Assembly: GCA_963682135.1 (NCBI GenBank)
Contig: OY821645.1
Location: forward strand, 1,760,001-1,824,000
Length of the DNA stretch: 64,000 bases
From: Methanothrix sp.
GTDB taxonomy: Archaea > Halobacteriota > Methanosarcinia > Methanotrichales > Methanotrichaceae
Direction of reading: 5' to 3'
Shown piece after piece: positions 19,252 through 29,219 of this stretch; position 1 is the stretch's first letter; each line of letters starts with the position of its first letter. Position numbers and translations under genes: made by a program. The notes beneath the pieces are model-generated. The model did no database searches. It was not told the DNA's origin and saw only the letters and a program-made list of their open reading frames with translations.

Positions 19252-20286
19252 GTGATTACTTTGAGTTATCTTCAAAAGATCGTGGAAGGGCGCGACCTTT
19301 CCCTGGAGGAGGCCGAGACCCTCATGGGTGAGATCTTCAGCAGTGCCTCAGATGCCCAGATAGGTGCTTTGCTGGTTGGTTTGCGCATGAAAGGCGAATC
19401 CATTTCGGAGATTGCGGGCTTTGCCAGGAAGATGCGTTGTTCAGCCGTCTGTATCCACCCCAAGGTCAGAGGCACTTTAGTTGATACCTGCGGCACAGGA
19501 GGAGATGCTTCCAACACCATCAACGTGAGCACTGCTGCGGCCATCGTCGCTGCCGCTTGCGGCGTGCCTGTGGCCAAGCACGGAAACTATGCAGTGAGCT
19601 CGAAATGCGGAAGTGCCAATGTTCTCTCGGAATTGGGCGTCAACATCAGTCCTCAGCCAGAAGCAGTGGAGGACATGATCGAGTGCCTGGGGATAGGATT
19701 CATGCTGGCGCCCATCTTCCATCCTGCCATGAAGCGCGTAGCCCCGATTCGACGCGAACTGGGCCTGCGCACTGTCTTTAATATCCTGGGGCCTCTGACC
19801 AATCCCGCCGGAGCCAAAGCGCAGGTCATGGGGGTCTACGACCCGCAACTTTCCGAGAAGCTGGCCAGAGTCTTCCTGATGCTGGGCACAGAGAGGGCCC
19901 TGGTGGTGCACGGCATGGGCATGGATGAGATCACCAACACCGGCGAGACGATGATCTCGGAACTGAAAGACGGAATTGTGAAGAGCTACAGCCTAATGCC
20001 CCAGGATCTGGGATATCAACTGGCCAGGCCGCAAGATATCGCGGGTGGTTTGCCGGAGGAGAATGCCGGAAAGCTGGTGGCTGTGATGAGGGGTGAGCGG
20101 TCTCCTGCCCGTGATATCATAGCCATGAACGCAGGAGCTGCTATCTATGTCTGCGCAAGGGCCCCCACACTCAAAGAGGGAGCAAATATGGCAGAAGAGG
20201 CCATAGACGCCGGAAAAGCCCTGCATCTCCTGCAAAAAATGGCGGAGATGAATGGAGACCCAAAGAAGCTGGAGCGATTTTTATGA
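19252..20286 (+). CDS. trpD: Anthranilate phosphoribosyltransferase
   Basis: DTCGTGGD, NVSTAAA and KHGN motifs. Confidence 0.96.
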   Translation: MITLSYLQKIVEGRDLSLEEAETLMGEIFSSASDAQIGALLVGLRMKGESISEIAGFARKMRCSAVCIHPKVRGTLVDTCGTGGDASNTINVSTAAAIVAAACGVPVAKHGNYAVSSKCGSANVLSELGVNISPQPEAVEDMIECLGIGFMLAPIFHPAMKRVAPIRRELGLRTVFNILGPLTNPAGAKAQVMGVYDPQLSEKLARVFLMLGTERALVVHGMGMDEITNTGETMISELKDGIVKSYSLMPQDLGYQLARPQDIAGGLPEENAGKLVAVMRGERSPARDIIAMNAGAAIYVCARAPTLKEGANMAEEAIDAGKALHLLQKMAEMNGDPKKLERFL

Positions 20287-20924
20287 CCAGGATAAAGGTC
20301 TGTGGAATCATGGATAGTGAAGAACTCTCCCAGGCCGTCCTCGCCGGAGCGGACGGGGTAGGATTCATTGTGGAGATAGACCAGTCCAGGCATTGCCTCT
20401 GTGCAAAAGAAGCTGCAGATCTGATAAAACAGGTGCCGTTGTTCACCAAGAGCGTGGCGGTGATCGCACCGGTGGATGTAGAGAGTGCTGTAGAGCTGGC
20501 TGAGAAGACGGGAGCGGATGTGTTGCAGGTGCATGGCTCACTAAGTGCTGAGGATATGGCGAAGCTGAAGGGCAGAGTTGCTCAGAAGCTGGTAGCAACA
20601 GTCGCCTCAGACTGTAAGCTGGATGAGATCAAGGATTATGCAGCAAGTGCCGATGCCGTTCTGCTGGACACATTATCCAATGGAACGCTGGGTGGAACGG
20701 GAGCAGTTCATGATTGGAACAGAAGCGCCTACCTTGTCAAGAGCCTGAAGGTACCGGTGATATTGGCAGGCGGCCTTAATCCCAGTAACGTGGCTGCGGC
20801 TATAAGGAAGGTCGGGCCCTATGCAGTGGACGCCTCCAGCGGCCTGGAGACGGCCGGCAAGAAGGACTTGCAAAAGATATTCTCCTTTGTCAGGGAGGTG
20901 AGAGCATGTCATCTTCCCCAGTAG
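20283..20924 (+). CDS. trpF: Phosphoribosylanthranilate isomerase
   Basis: KVCGI, QVHG, GGTGAVHDW, LAGGLNP and VDASSGLE motifs. Confidence 0.95.
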   Translation: MTRIKVCGIMDSEELSQAVLAGADGVGFIVEIDQSRHCLCAKEAADLIKQVPLFTKSVAVIAPVDVESAVELAEKTGADVLQVHGSLSAEDMAKLKGRVAQKLVATVASDCKLDEIKDYAASADAVLLDTLSNGTLGGTGAVHDWNRSAYLVKSLKVPVILAGGLNPSNVAAAIRKVGPYAVDASSGLETAGKKDLQKIFSFVREVRACHLPQ

Positions 20925-22360
20925 AGCCGATTTACGTGGATGTGACCGATAAGGTGAGTGTGGACGCACCCCTCTCCCTTTACCTGGCTCTTCGGGGCAG
21001 AAGACATCCCTATCTGCTGGAGTCGGTGGAGAAGTCAGGCCAAAAGGCCAGGTTCTCCTTCGTGGGAGCAGATCCTTCCGCAGTAGTTACTGTGAAAAAC
21101 CGCTTCCTGCATATGCAGTTTTATAGCGGCGGCATGGACCACATTGAGGAGAGGCTCTCAAACTATGTGGATGTGGAAAAGAAGGGCTCGATCCTGCAGG
21201 GGCCGATTAAGGAGGGCTACGATCTCTTTGATGCCCTCCGGGCGGCCATCCCCTGCAGCAGGGGTATGCCCAATAGCTTTGGAAGGCAGGTCTTCACGGG
21301 GGGAGGGATAGGCTATCTGGCCTACGATCTGGTTAAAGAGCGCCTGGGCAGAACTTCCACATCGGATGCACCGGATGCAAAGCTGTGCCTGGCGGAGAGC
21401 ACCTTCATCTTCGACCACCTCACTCGCAAGGTCTACTTCACCATCGCTCCCATTCTGCCCGGCCCCAAGGTCAACCTGATCGAGACAATAGGCGGAATCG
21501 ACCCCGACTATGATCAGGCCGAGGACCTGAATATTGCAGGAAAAATCCTCTCCGCTGGGGGGCAGCAGCAGTATGAGGAAGCGGTACGCAAGGCAAAAGA
21601 ACACATTTTGGACGGAGACATATTCCAGATAGTATTGGCCCGATCGACCCGAATCGAGTGTCCGGACCCAGTCAAACTCTATCGGAAACTGCGCAGCATC
21701 AATCCCAGCCCCTACACCTATCTCTTCGAGTTTGACGATCTGGCAATTGTGGGAGCCTCACCTGAGACCCTCTTCAATACCTATGACAGCAAGCTGAGGG
21801 TTAATCCCATTGCCGGCACCTGTCCTCGGGGAAGGACGCGAGAAGAAGACGACAAATACGCCAAAATAATGCTGGGTGACGAAAAAGAAAGAGCGGAGCA
21901 TGTCATGCTGGTGGATCTGGGACGAAACGATGTGCGAAGCGTCTGTCGCTCCGGAACGGTGCAGGTGGACGATTTCATGTCTGTGCTCAAGTACTCCCAT
22001 GTGCAGCATATTGAGACCACCGTCTCCGGAGACCTGAGAGAGGAGTGCGACCAGTTCGATGCGGCCCGATCTGTCTTTCCGGCAGGAACACTCTCCGGAG
22101 CGCCCAAATTGCGAGCCATGGAGATCATCGACGACCTGGAAGGCGCGCCGCGGGGCATTTACGGTGGAGGAATAGGCTACTTCTCCATCGACGGCAGCTC
22201 CGACTTTGCCATAGCCATCAGAAGTGTTCTTGTCAAGGATAAGGTGGCCACAGTACAGGCTGGAGCAGGGATAGTGGCGGACTCCGATCCGGAAAAGGAA
22301 TTTCAAGAGACGGAGAGGAAGATGGCAGCCATGAAGAGGGCTTTGGGGGTGGCGGTATGA
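20906..22360 (+). CDS. trpE: Anthranilate synthase component I
   Basis: LLESVE, NPSPY, PIAGT, EHVMLVDLGRND and FPAGTLSGAPK motifs. Confidence 0.96.
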   Translation: MSSSPVEPIYVDVTDKVSVDAPLSLYLALRGRRHPYLLESVEKSGQKARFSFVGADPSAVVTVKNRFLHMQFYSGGMDHIEERLSNYVDVEKKGSILQGPIKEGYDLFDALRAAIPCSRGMPNSFGRQVFTGGGIGYLAYDLVKERLGRTSTSDAPDAKLCLAESTFIFDHLTRKVYFTIAPILPGPKVNLIETIGGIDPDYDQAEDLNIAGKILSAGGQQQYEEAVRKAKEHILDGDIFQIVLARSTRIECPDPVKLYRKLRSINPSPYTYLFEFDDLAIVGASPETLFNTYDSKLRVNPIAGTCPRGRTREEDDKYAKIMLGDEKERAEHVMLVDLGRNDVRSVCRSGTVQVDDFMSVLKYSHVQHIETTVSGDLREECDQFDAARSVFPAGTLSGAPKLRAMEIIDDLEGAPRGIYGGGIGYFSIDGSSDFAIAIRSVLVKDKVATVQAGAGIVADSDPEKEFQETERKMAAMKRALGVAV

Positions 22361-22953
22361 ACGCCCCTGCCGTCCGACCAATTCTATTTGTGGACAACCA
22401 GGACTCCTTCGTCTGGAATCTGGTGGATTATGTCTCCCAGTTTTATGAAGAGACGGCGGTCCGGCCCAACCGCATAACATTGGCGGAGGTGGCAGCCATG
22501 CAGCCTCTGGGGATTGTAATATCTCCCGGGCCGGGCCATCCTGCCAACCCAAGGGATATCGGCAGCTGCCTGGAGATAATTAAGCATTTTGGGAATACAC
22601 CCATTTTAGGCGTATGCCTGGGTCACCAGGCTATGAACATCGCCTACGGCGGCACAATCGCCCATACCAAGCCGCTGCATGGCAAGACCTCACTGATCGA
22701 GCATGATGGACAGGGCATATTCCGTGGAGTGGAAAATCCGATCGTTGGAGGACGGTATCACTCCCTGGCAATCGAAAGATTATCCCCTGAACTTGTGGCC
22801 TGCGCCAAGACTGCGGACGGGGTGATCATGAGCGTTCGGCACAAGAGCCGGCCCCACTCTGGCCTGCAGTTTCATCCCGAGTCAGTGCTCACGCCCTCCG
22901 GCAAGAAACTGATCAGCAACTGGATCGAGGATGTAGCAGCATGCATTCGTTGA
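22357..22953 (+). CDS. trpG: Anthranilate synthase component II
   Basis: DNQDSF, SPGPG, GVCLGHQ and QFHPES motifs. Confidence 0.95.
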   Translation: MNAPAVRPILFVDNQDSFVWNLVDYVSQFYEETAVRPNRITLAEVAAMQPLGIVISPGPGHPANPRDIGSCLEIIKHFGNTPILGVCLGHQAMNIAYGGTIAHTKPLHGKTSLIEHDGQGIFRGVENPIVGGRYHSLAIERLSPELVACAKTADGVIMSVRHKSRPHSGLQFHPESVLTPSGKKLISNWIEDVAACIR

Positions 22954-23672
22954 TCGATGAAATCCTGGTCGCTTCCCGAGAGCGGGGATTTGCCACTGCT
23001 GTGCCTTGGCCGAAGGCTGAGCGACGGGATTTGATCTGCTCCGCCCGCGTCATGAAGAGTCGCGGCTTTATCCCCATCATTGCCGAGATCAAGCCCAAGG
23101 CCGTTGGAAGAGCCCTTACGCCTGATGAGGTGGCGGACTATGCCGAAGCCTATGGCCGGAACAATGCCTGTGCAGTCTCCGTTCTCACCGAGCCCACCAA
23201 TTTCAAGGGCGCTCTGCAAAACGCTCTCATCGCTCGCAGAGCTGGGCTTCCCATCCTGCGAAAGGACTTCATCTTCGATGAGAGGCAACTAGGGGAAGTG
23301 CAGGCGGACCATGTGCTGCTTATAACTGCCTTGGGCATCGACCTGAACCGATTTGTGAATGCAGCCAGGGCCTATGGAATGGAGCCTTTGGTGGAAGTCC
23401 ACACCAAGGATGAGCTGGAGGCGGCACTGAAGACAGATGCCCGGATTATCGGCATCAACAACCGCAACCTGAACACGCTGGAGGTTGATTTGGGCACCTT
23501 CGAGAGGCTGGCGCCGCTGGCGAAGGAGGCCGGGGTCTTTCTGGTGGCGGAGAGCGGAGTGCACAATCATGAGGATGCCCTGCGCATGATGCGGGCAGGG
23601 GCGGATGCGCTGCTGGTGGGCACCGAGCTGATGGCAAGGCCCAAGAGGCTGGGGGAGCTGAATCGGTTCTAA
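22941..23672 (+). CDS. trpC: Indole-3-glycerol phosphate synthase
   Basis: IIAEIKP, SVLTEP, LRKDF, GINNRNL and AESG motifs. Confidence 0.93.
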   Translation: MHSLIDEILVASRERGFATAVPWPKAERRDLICSARVMKSRGFIPIIAEIKPKAVGRALTPDEVADYAEAYGRNNACAVSVLTEPTNFKGALQNALIARRAGLPILRKDFIFDERQLGEVQADHVLLITALGIDLNRFVNAARAYGMEPLVEVHTKDELEAALKTDARIIGINNRNLNTLEVDLGTFERLAPLAKEAGVFLVAESGVHNHEDALRMMRAGADALLVGTELMARPKRLGELNRF

Positions 23673-23845
23673 TGCGCGTATCCATTGTCCTCTTTCAAGG
23701 CCTGCAGATGGACCTCTATGGCCTCTTTGCTGTTTCTCAAGGTTTCATCGATGGTCTCTCTCTGCGAATAGCAGCCAGGTAGAGCCGGAACCTCGGACCA
23801 GAAGCCGCCTTCCTCTGCCTGATGTATTAAAATTACTTTGGTCAT
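23669..23845 (-). CDS. hicB: Short HicB-family antitoxin (orphan, possibly degenerate)
   Basis: EEGGFWSEVPALPGCYSQRETIDE; usual G of the SQG motif replaced by R. Confidence 0.7.
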   Translation of the reverse strand: MTKVILIHQAEEGGFWSEVPALPGCYSQRETIDETLRNSKEAIEVHLQALKEDNGYAH

Positions 23846-24123
23846 TAACAATCAACATTTTCCCTGTTATGAGGGCGCATCTAAGCGGAAATCTGTAATG
23901 AATTGCATAAAACAAACATATGATGAACATTCAAGATTGATTTTCTAAAGACATCCTGGATATCATATATCTATCGCATGTATCTCAGTTCGAATAGTAT
24001 CGCCGAGAGTTCAAGCAGCAGGCCAGCAACCAGGCATGGTCGGATTTCCAGAGATCAGCTATTATCCTCAAGTGAGAGGTTACAGCGTAGGATTAAATAC
24101 CGCAAAAAGCATGTACTATCTAG

Positions 24124-24357
24124 ATGAGAACGCTTCGTTATAAAATTCAAATCAGACCGGAGACAGATGGAACGTACACGGTTATCGTCCCGTCACTTCC
24201 CGGATGTTTGACCTTCGGCGATAGCATCGAGGAAGCTATGGAGATGGCAAAGGAAGCCATTGAGGTATACATAGAAAGCCTTGCCGCCCGAGGCAAAGAG
24301 ATTCCCATTGAGGAAGATCGAATTGAGGCAACTGTAACGGTTGAAGCAAATGCCTAA
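24124..24357 (+). CDS. hicB: HicB-family antitoxin
   Basis: YTVIVPSLPGCLTFGDSIEEAMEMAKEAI. Confidence 0.9.
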   Translation: MRTLRYKIQIRPETDGTYTVIVPSLPGCLTFGDSIEEAMEMAKEAIEVYIESLAARGKEIPIEEDRIEATVTVEANA

Positions 24358-24574
24358 GTTGCCAGCCCTGTCACCAGAGAAGTTGGCCAGAGTTCTTGAA
24401 AAGAGAGGTTTTATACTGGATAGAGTCAGGGGAAGCCATCATGCGTATTGTCATCCTGATCTAGATATCACGGTTACAATCCCATTCCATAAAAAAGAGG
24501 TCGGTAAGGGACTTCTTATCGAAATCATGAAACAGGCAGACATGACCCGAGAAGAGCTTTTAGATCTCTTGTAA
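24350..24574 (+). CDS. hicA: HicA-family toxin
   Basis: LEKRGF..RVRGSHH..VTIPFH; start overlaps the hicB stop. Confidence 0.9.
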   Translation: MPKLPALSPEKLARVLEKRGFILDRVRGSHHAYCHPDLDITVTIPFHKKEVGKGLLIEIMKQADMTREELLDLL

Positions 24575-24793
24575 GAAGTGCAAGTCAATATCACTTGCTC
24601 TGGCTAAACTGCTATCCTTTAAAAATCAACGCTGTCCAACCCTGCCCGCCAGCTAAGCAACCGACGATAGGTTACTGGAACACAGACCTGAGATTATGCT
24701 CTTTATTACACAAGAATACATTCGTCCCGCGCTACATTGCTATATATACAAAGGCAGCCAATTCTTAACAAATAGCTATTGTAGGCGGCAAGC

Positions 24794-25615
24794 ATGGAGA
24801 AAATTTCACCCATAAGCGTCTCACTGGATACCAATGAATCCCATCGAGCCAGAGCAAAAAAGATCAAGGCTGCTATCCTCAAAGATGATCATTTCTTCCT
24901 GAATGCAGCTAAAAAGTGTCCCTTTGATCTATGCTTCCAGTGGGAAGGAAAGACCATCAATATAGAGCTTAAGGACTTCACCGGGGCAGGTGAACCCCAG
25001 AGCGACTACGTAGCCTCAATTGTCAATCAGAGCGGCCACCTTTACCAGCAAGTACTCGCCGGCCGGGAGCTACAAGATACCCTTATCATCGTGGTGCTTG
25101 GCGATGATGCTGATATTATTCAGGCCATTACGAATATCGTTATTAATAGGGGTATCAAAGGCCAAGAAGCTGAGGATAAGATAACCGAGTATATTTCTAT
25201 GGTAGAAGACTTTGAGGCCAACTGCATTGGCATGAATATTCGGATATGGAGGCTCAAGATCGATCCTTGGAAGCGAATGCTTCAAAGCGTACAAAAGATC
25301 CTGCAGGGCGGCGATCTGACCGTCTTTCGACCGAAACCGGCGGTCAATGAAAGGCAAGCGGTAGGGCTGTCCATTCTATGCGGAAAAGGCCTGGGTCCAG
25401 CGAGAGCCAATAGTATCCTGGAAGAATTCGATGTTTCATTGGTTCCAAAAAAGCCGGACAGATACCTAGACGATTGCCAGGGAATTGGCCCCAAGCTCGC
25501 TACCCTTGTTCAGGATGCTCTGTTCGTTTCTCCTGCCTGTGTGAATAGACCAAGAAGCAAGAGATCGCCAAAGTTTCAAGCAGGAAATTCTGACCATAAG
25601 TCTCCGCTATATTGA
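24794..25615 (+). CDS. ERCC4/XPF-like nuclease domain protein with tandem HhH motifs
   Basis: FD...IELK...SDYVASI...GHLYQQ matches the ERCC4 pattern GD...ERK..D...S...RL..Q; GKGLGPARA and QGIGPKLA HhH motifs. Confidence 0.6.
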   Translation: MEKISPISVSLDTNESHRARAKKIKAAILKDDHFFLNAAKKCPFDLCFQWEGKTINIELKDFTGAGEPQSDYVASIVNQSGHLYQQVLAGRELQDTLIIVVLGDDADIIQAITNIVINRGIKGQEAEDKITEYISMVEDFEANCIGMNIRIWRLKIDPWKRMLQSVQKILQGGDLTVFRPKPAVNERQAVGLSILCGKGLGPARANSILEEFDVSLVPKKPDRYLDDCQGIGPKLATLVQDALFVSPACVNRPRSKRSPKFQAGNSDHKSPLY

Positions 25616-25660
25616 TAAGCCTGCTACTAGGAAATAGCATTTGGCAGGATTCGACCCTTG

Positions 25661-26770
25661 ATGAAGATCGCCTATGTTTACGACGCCGTCTACCCCTGGG
25701 TGAAAGGGGGGGCGGAAAAAAGGATCTATGAACTCTCCCGTCGTCTGGCGAAGCGAGGGCATGAGGTGCATTGCTACGGCATGAAATGGTGGACGGGAGA
25801 AGATGAGATCCTCAAAGACAACGTACACTTGCATGGCATCTGCCCGCCCATGCCCCTTTACAGTAACGGCAAGAGATCGATCTCCCAGGCAGCCTTTTTC
25901 GCGGGCAAGCTACTCTCCCTTCGTGTCGACTGCGATTTGATGGACTGCCAGAATTTCCCTTATCTATCCTGCTTTCCGGCAAAGTTGATCACCAGCCTTA
26001 GAGGTCAAAAGCTCTTCATCACCTGGCATGAGGTATGGGGCGATTACTGGCGCAGGTACCTGGGAGAGAAGGGCAGGGCCGGCCAAGCTGTCGAGTGGGC
26101 TGCTGCCCGGCTGACGGAAAAGAATATTGCGGTATCGGCGAGAACGCAAAGGGAACTATTGAGCCTGGGGGCCAGAAAGGTTGTGGTGGTGCCCAACGGC
26201 ATCGATTGGCAGGGAATAAATAGAGTTCATCCGTCGGCTAAAAAGTCAGATGTCATCTACGTGGGAAGGCTGGTCGAGCATAAGAACGTGGATCTACTCA
26301 TCAGGGCATTGGAGATAGTTAAAGCTGATATTCCTGATGTGAAGGCCCTGATAGTGGGCGATGGGCCAGAGATGGAAAAGCTAAAATCGCTGGTCCATGA
26401 AAAAGAACTGGAAAAAAATGTTGATTTTGGCGGATTTCTGGAGAATTACAATGAGGCTTTAGCTCTTATGAAATCCTCCCGCATATTCGCAGCCCCCTCC
26501 AGCAGAGAGGGCTTCGGCATGGCGGCTCTGGAGGCGAATGCCTGCGGGCTTCCTGTGGTCACCATTGAGCACAAAATGAATGCCGTGATGGATCTAATCA
26601 CTGGGGAGACGGGTGCGGTCTGCCAGCCAACAAAGCAGGCTCTCGCCGAGGAAATTTGCCGCATGCTGCCAAAGAAGGAAAAAATGCGAGGGCGGTGCAT
26701 AGAAGAGGCCAAGAAGTATGATTGGGAGAGGGCTTGCGACCGGGCGGAGAAGGCTTATGCGTTTCGATAG
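25661..26770 (+). CDS. GT4 glycosyltransferase
   Basis: KGGAEKR, YVGRLVEHKNVD and EGFGMAALEA motifs. Confidence 0.92.
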   Translation: MKIAYVYDAVYPWVKGGAEKRIYELSRRLAKRGHEVHCYGMKWWTGEDEILKDNVHLHGICPPMPLYSNGKRSISQAAFFAGKLLSLRVDCDLMDCQNFPYLSCFPAKLITSLRGQKLFITWHEVWGDYWRRYLGEKGRAGQAVEWAAARLTEKNIAVSARTQRELLSLGARKVVVVPNGIDWQGINRVHPSAKKSDVIYVGRLVEHKNVDLLIRALEIVKADIPDVKALIVGDGPEMEKLKSLVHEKELEKNVDFGGFLENYNEALALMKSSRIFAAPSSREGFGMAALEANACGLPVVTIEHKMNAVMDLITGETGAVCQPTKQALAEEICRMLPKKEKMRGRCIEEAKKYDWERACDRAEKAYAFR

Positions 26771-26810
26771 ACTGATATAGAAGATCGCGAATTTTGAGGG
26801 ACAGATAATT

Positions 26811-27716
26811 ATGAGCACACTGATTACAGGCGGCGCAGGATTTATCGGATCCAATCTTGTTGAGGAACTCCTGAAAGCTGGCGAAGAGATTGTGGTCCTG
26901 GACAATATGCACACAGGAAGCCTTAGCAATCTGGACGGCCTGCAAGATGGACTAAAGCTTATCCAGGCAAGCTGCAACGACCTACCCAATATGGATCTTC
27001 ATCCGGAGAAGATCTACCATCTGGGCATTCCATCCTCATCGCCCATGTACAAAAAGAATCCGTACCTGGTAGGAGAAGCGCTAAATGGCTTTACGGCTGT
27101 ATTCGAGCTGGCCAGAAGAACTGGTGCGCGGGTGGTTTATGCATCTTCATCATCACTTTACAACGGCCTCTTGCCACCCCATCGAGAAGACATGACCATT
27201 CTGGTCGCAGACTACTACACGGAAGCCAGGCTGGCCATGGAGAGGATGGCAGAGCTTTACAGGCAGCTCTACAATGTTGACTCTGTGGGCATGAGGTTCT
27301 TCTCCGTTTATGGGCCGAAAGAAACGGCCAAGAAGCAATATGCAAACATGGTCACTCAGTTCCTCTGGGAAATGCAGGATGGAAAAGCACCCCTGATCTT
27401 CGGAGATGGCTTGCAGACAAGGGATTTCACCTACGTAAAGGACCTGATACGTGCCCTGCAACTGGCCATGAAGTCTGACTATCACGGAATTTTGAATGTA
27501 GGGACGGGAAAGGCTTACACATTCAATCAAACCGTAGAGATTTTAAACAAGAATATGCAATTGACCTTGAAGCCAAAATTTGTGGAGAATCCCATAAAGA
27601 ATTATGTTGCGCATACCCTTTCAGACACAACGAAGATGGAGAAAGTTCTCGGGTTTAAGGCAAGATACAATCTGGAAGAAGGGGTAAAAGAGCTTCTTAA
27701 ATTCTATGCAAAATAA
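26811..27716 (+). CDS. NAD-dependent epimerase/dehydratase
   Basis: GGAGFIGS, RFFSVYGP and QTRDFTYV motifs. Confidence 0.92.
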   Translation: MSTLITGGAGFIGSNLVEELLKAGEEIVVLDNMHTGSLSNLDGLQDGLKLIQASCNDLPNMDLHPEKIYHLGIPSSSPMYKKNPYLVGEALNGFTAVFELARRTGARVVYASSSSLYNGLLPPHREDMTILVADYYTEARLAMERMAELYRQLYNVDSVGMRFFSVYGPKETAKKQYANMVTQFLWEMQDGKAPLIFGDGLQTRDFTYVKDLIRALQLAMKSDYHGILNVGTGKAYTFNQTVEILNKNMQLTLKPKFVENPIKNYVAHTLSDTTKMEKVLGFKARYNLEEGVKELLKFYAK

Positions 27717-27735
27717 GGCGGCGATATCCTTGGAT

Positions 27736-28968
27736 ATGAAAGACAAAAATATTTTGATTACAGGAATCAGCGGATTCGTCGGGTCACGAATGGCTAAACG
27801 GCTGGTAGAGGAAGGCGCAAATGTCTTTGGCCTGCTACGCCGCCGGGCGGATGGCAAAGTGCCGCATAACATGTTGCGTCTGGGTCTGGGAAAAGAAGTT
27901 CGCCTGGTAGAAGGCGACCTGGAAAGCATATCGAGCATAGGAAGCGCCATCACTGCCAGCAATCCCGATATTATATTCCATCTCGCAGCCCAATCATTTG
28001 TGCCTCGATCTTTCGTCGATCCAAATGAGACCATGCTCAGTAATTGTTGGGGGACCTCGAATCTCCTGGAAGCAGTGAGAATCAAAGATGCCGATCCAAT
28101 AGTAGTATTCGCAGGGAGCAGCGAGGAGTACGGCTTGGTGCTCTCTTCTGAAGAGCAACACAAAAAGGCCTTGGAGAAATATGGTACAATATTTCCTGCA
28201 CCAGAACATATACCCGAAGTGCCCACCGCTGAGACAAATCCGCTCCGGCCCATGTCACCATATGCCGTAAGCAAAGTTTACGGCGATTTTCTGATGAGGA
28301 ATTACTGGTACTCTTATGGCGTTAAGACAGTTATCTCCAGAGCATTTAACCATGAGGGAGCAGGCAGAGGCAACATGTTCGTAACATCTGTTGCCACTGC
28401 CCAAGCTATGAAACTGAAGTTCGGAGAGCAGGAAACCATAACCATTGGAAACGTCAACGCTTTTCGCGACTGGAGCCATGTTGACGATGTCATAAACGGC
28501 TATCTTCTCCTGGCAAAAAAAGGCAAGTACGGAGATGTGTACAACCAGGGCTCCATGAGGACCAACTCCGTGATGAGCTATCTTCTCATGAGCCTTGAGG
28601 AAGCAGGCTATCCTGTCAGCAGGATTGAGACCATCAAGGGAGAGAAGGTTGTTGCAGAGCCTAACGAGCCGGACAATTCACCGATCTTCGGCCTTGATTT
28701 CGAGAAGACGAAGGTTGACGGCATGATGCTGCGAGGAGAGCTGGAGTTCACGATCGAGGACAAAGGAGTGAAGGCGCGATCTGGAGATAGAGAGATACAA
28801 ATCATCTTCAACCCAGAGAGGTTCCGACCGGCAGAAGTTCCCATACTGCTTTCTGACACGAAGAAGATAGAAGCACTGGGCTTTCAGAAAGAGCATACTG
28901 TGAGAGACATCATCAGAGATCAGCTTGATCACTACCTGGCTGAGAAGGAGCGCAAGGGGTCCTATTAA
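27736..28968 (+). CDS. gmd: GDP-mannose 4,6-dehydratase
   Basis: HLAAQSFV, SPYAVSK, FNHEG, RDW and FRPAEV motifs. Confidence 0.88.
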   Translation: MKDKNILITGISGFVGSRMAKRLVEEGANVFGLLRRRADGKVPHNMLRLGLGKEVRLVEGDLESISSIGSAITASNPDIIFHLAAQSFVPRSFVDPNETMLSNCWGTSNLLEAVRIKDADPIVVFAGSSEEYGLVLSSEEQHKKALEKYGTIFPAPEHIPEVPTAETNPLRPMSPYAVSKVYGDFLMRNYWYSYGVKTVISRAFNHEGAGRGNMFVTSVATAQAMKLKFGEQETITIGNVNAFRDWSHVDDVINGYLLLAKKGKYGDVYNQGSMRTNSVMSYLLMSLEEAGYPVSRIETIKGEKVVAEPNEPDNSPIFGLDFEKTKVDGMMLRGELEFTIEDKGVKARSGDREIQIIFNPERFRPAEVPILLSDTKKIEALGFQKEHTVRDIIRDQLDHYLAEKERKGSY

Positions 28969-29218
28969 AAGTAGCCATCTTCCTGGACTACATTGGAGCA
29001 ATCGGTGGGGGCGAAAGGGTGGCACTGATGCCGGCCCGCGCCCTGCAAGCAGATCTCCGCCTCGCTTTTATTCGCAGCAAGCGACTTTTCCCAGGAATAC
29101 TGTACGAAAAGTGCAAGGGATTGATCTCCAAAGACCTGCGGAAGTATAAGGATGCTGGCCGGAGACGTGCGGCAGATTTCGATTCGATACATCTATATTC
29201 CTGGAAAAGATGAAGAAA
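28966..29218 (+). pseudogene. Collapsed GT4 pseudogene (paralog of 62682-63761)
   Basis: Four consecutive segments match the start, ~62866-62924, ~63462-63488 and the end of the intact GT4; start codon lost. Confidence 0.85.
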
Positions 29219-29219
29219 G

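Noticed and set aside
21758-22552. 264-aa minus-strand ORF
   Set aside because: Antisense shadow of trpE/trpG
23900-24100. Possible ncRNA or further TA remnant
   Set aside because: No convincing ORF, structure or repeat by eye
27621-28274. Minus-strand ORF similar to 62268-62807
   Set aside because: Both are antisense shadows of gmd and its remnant; the similarity reflects the duplication already reported
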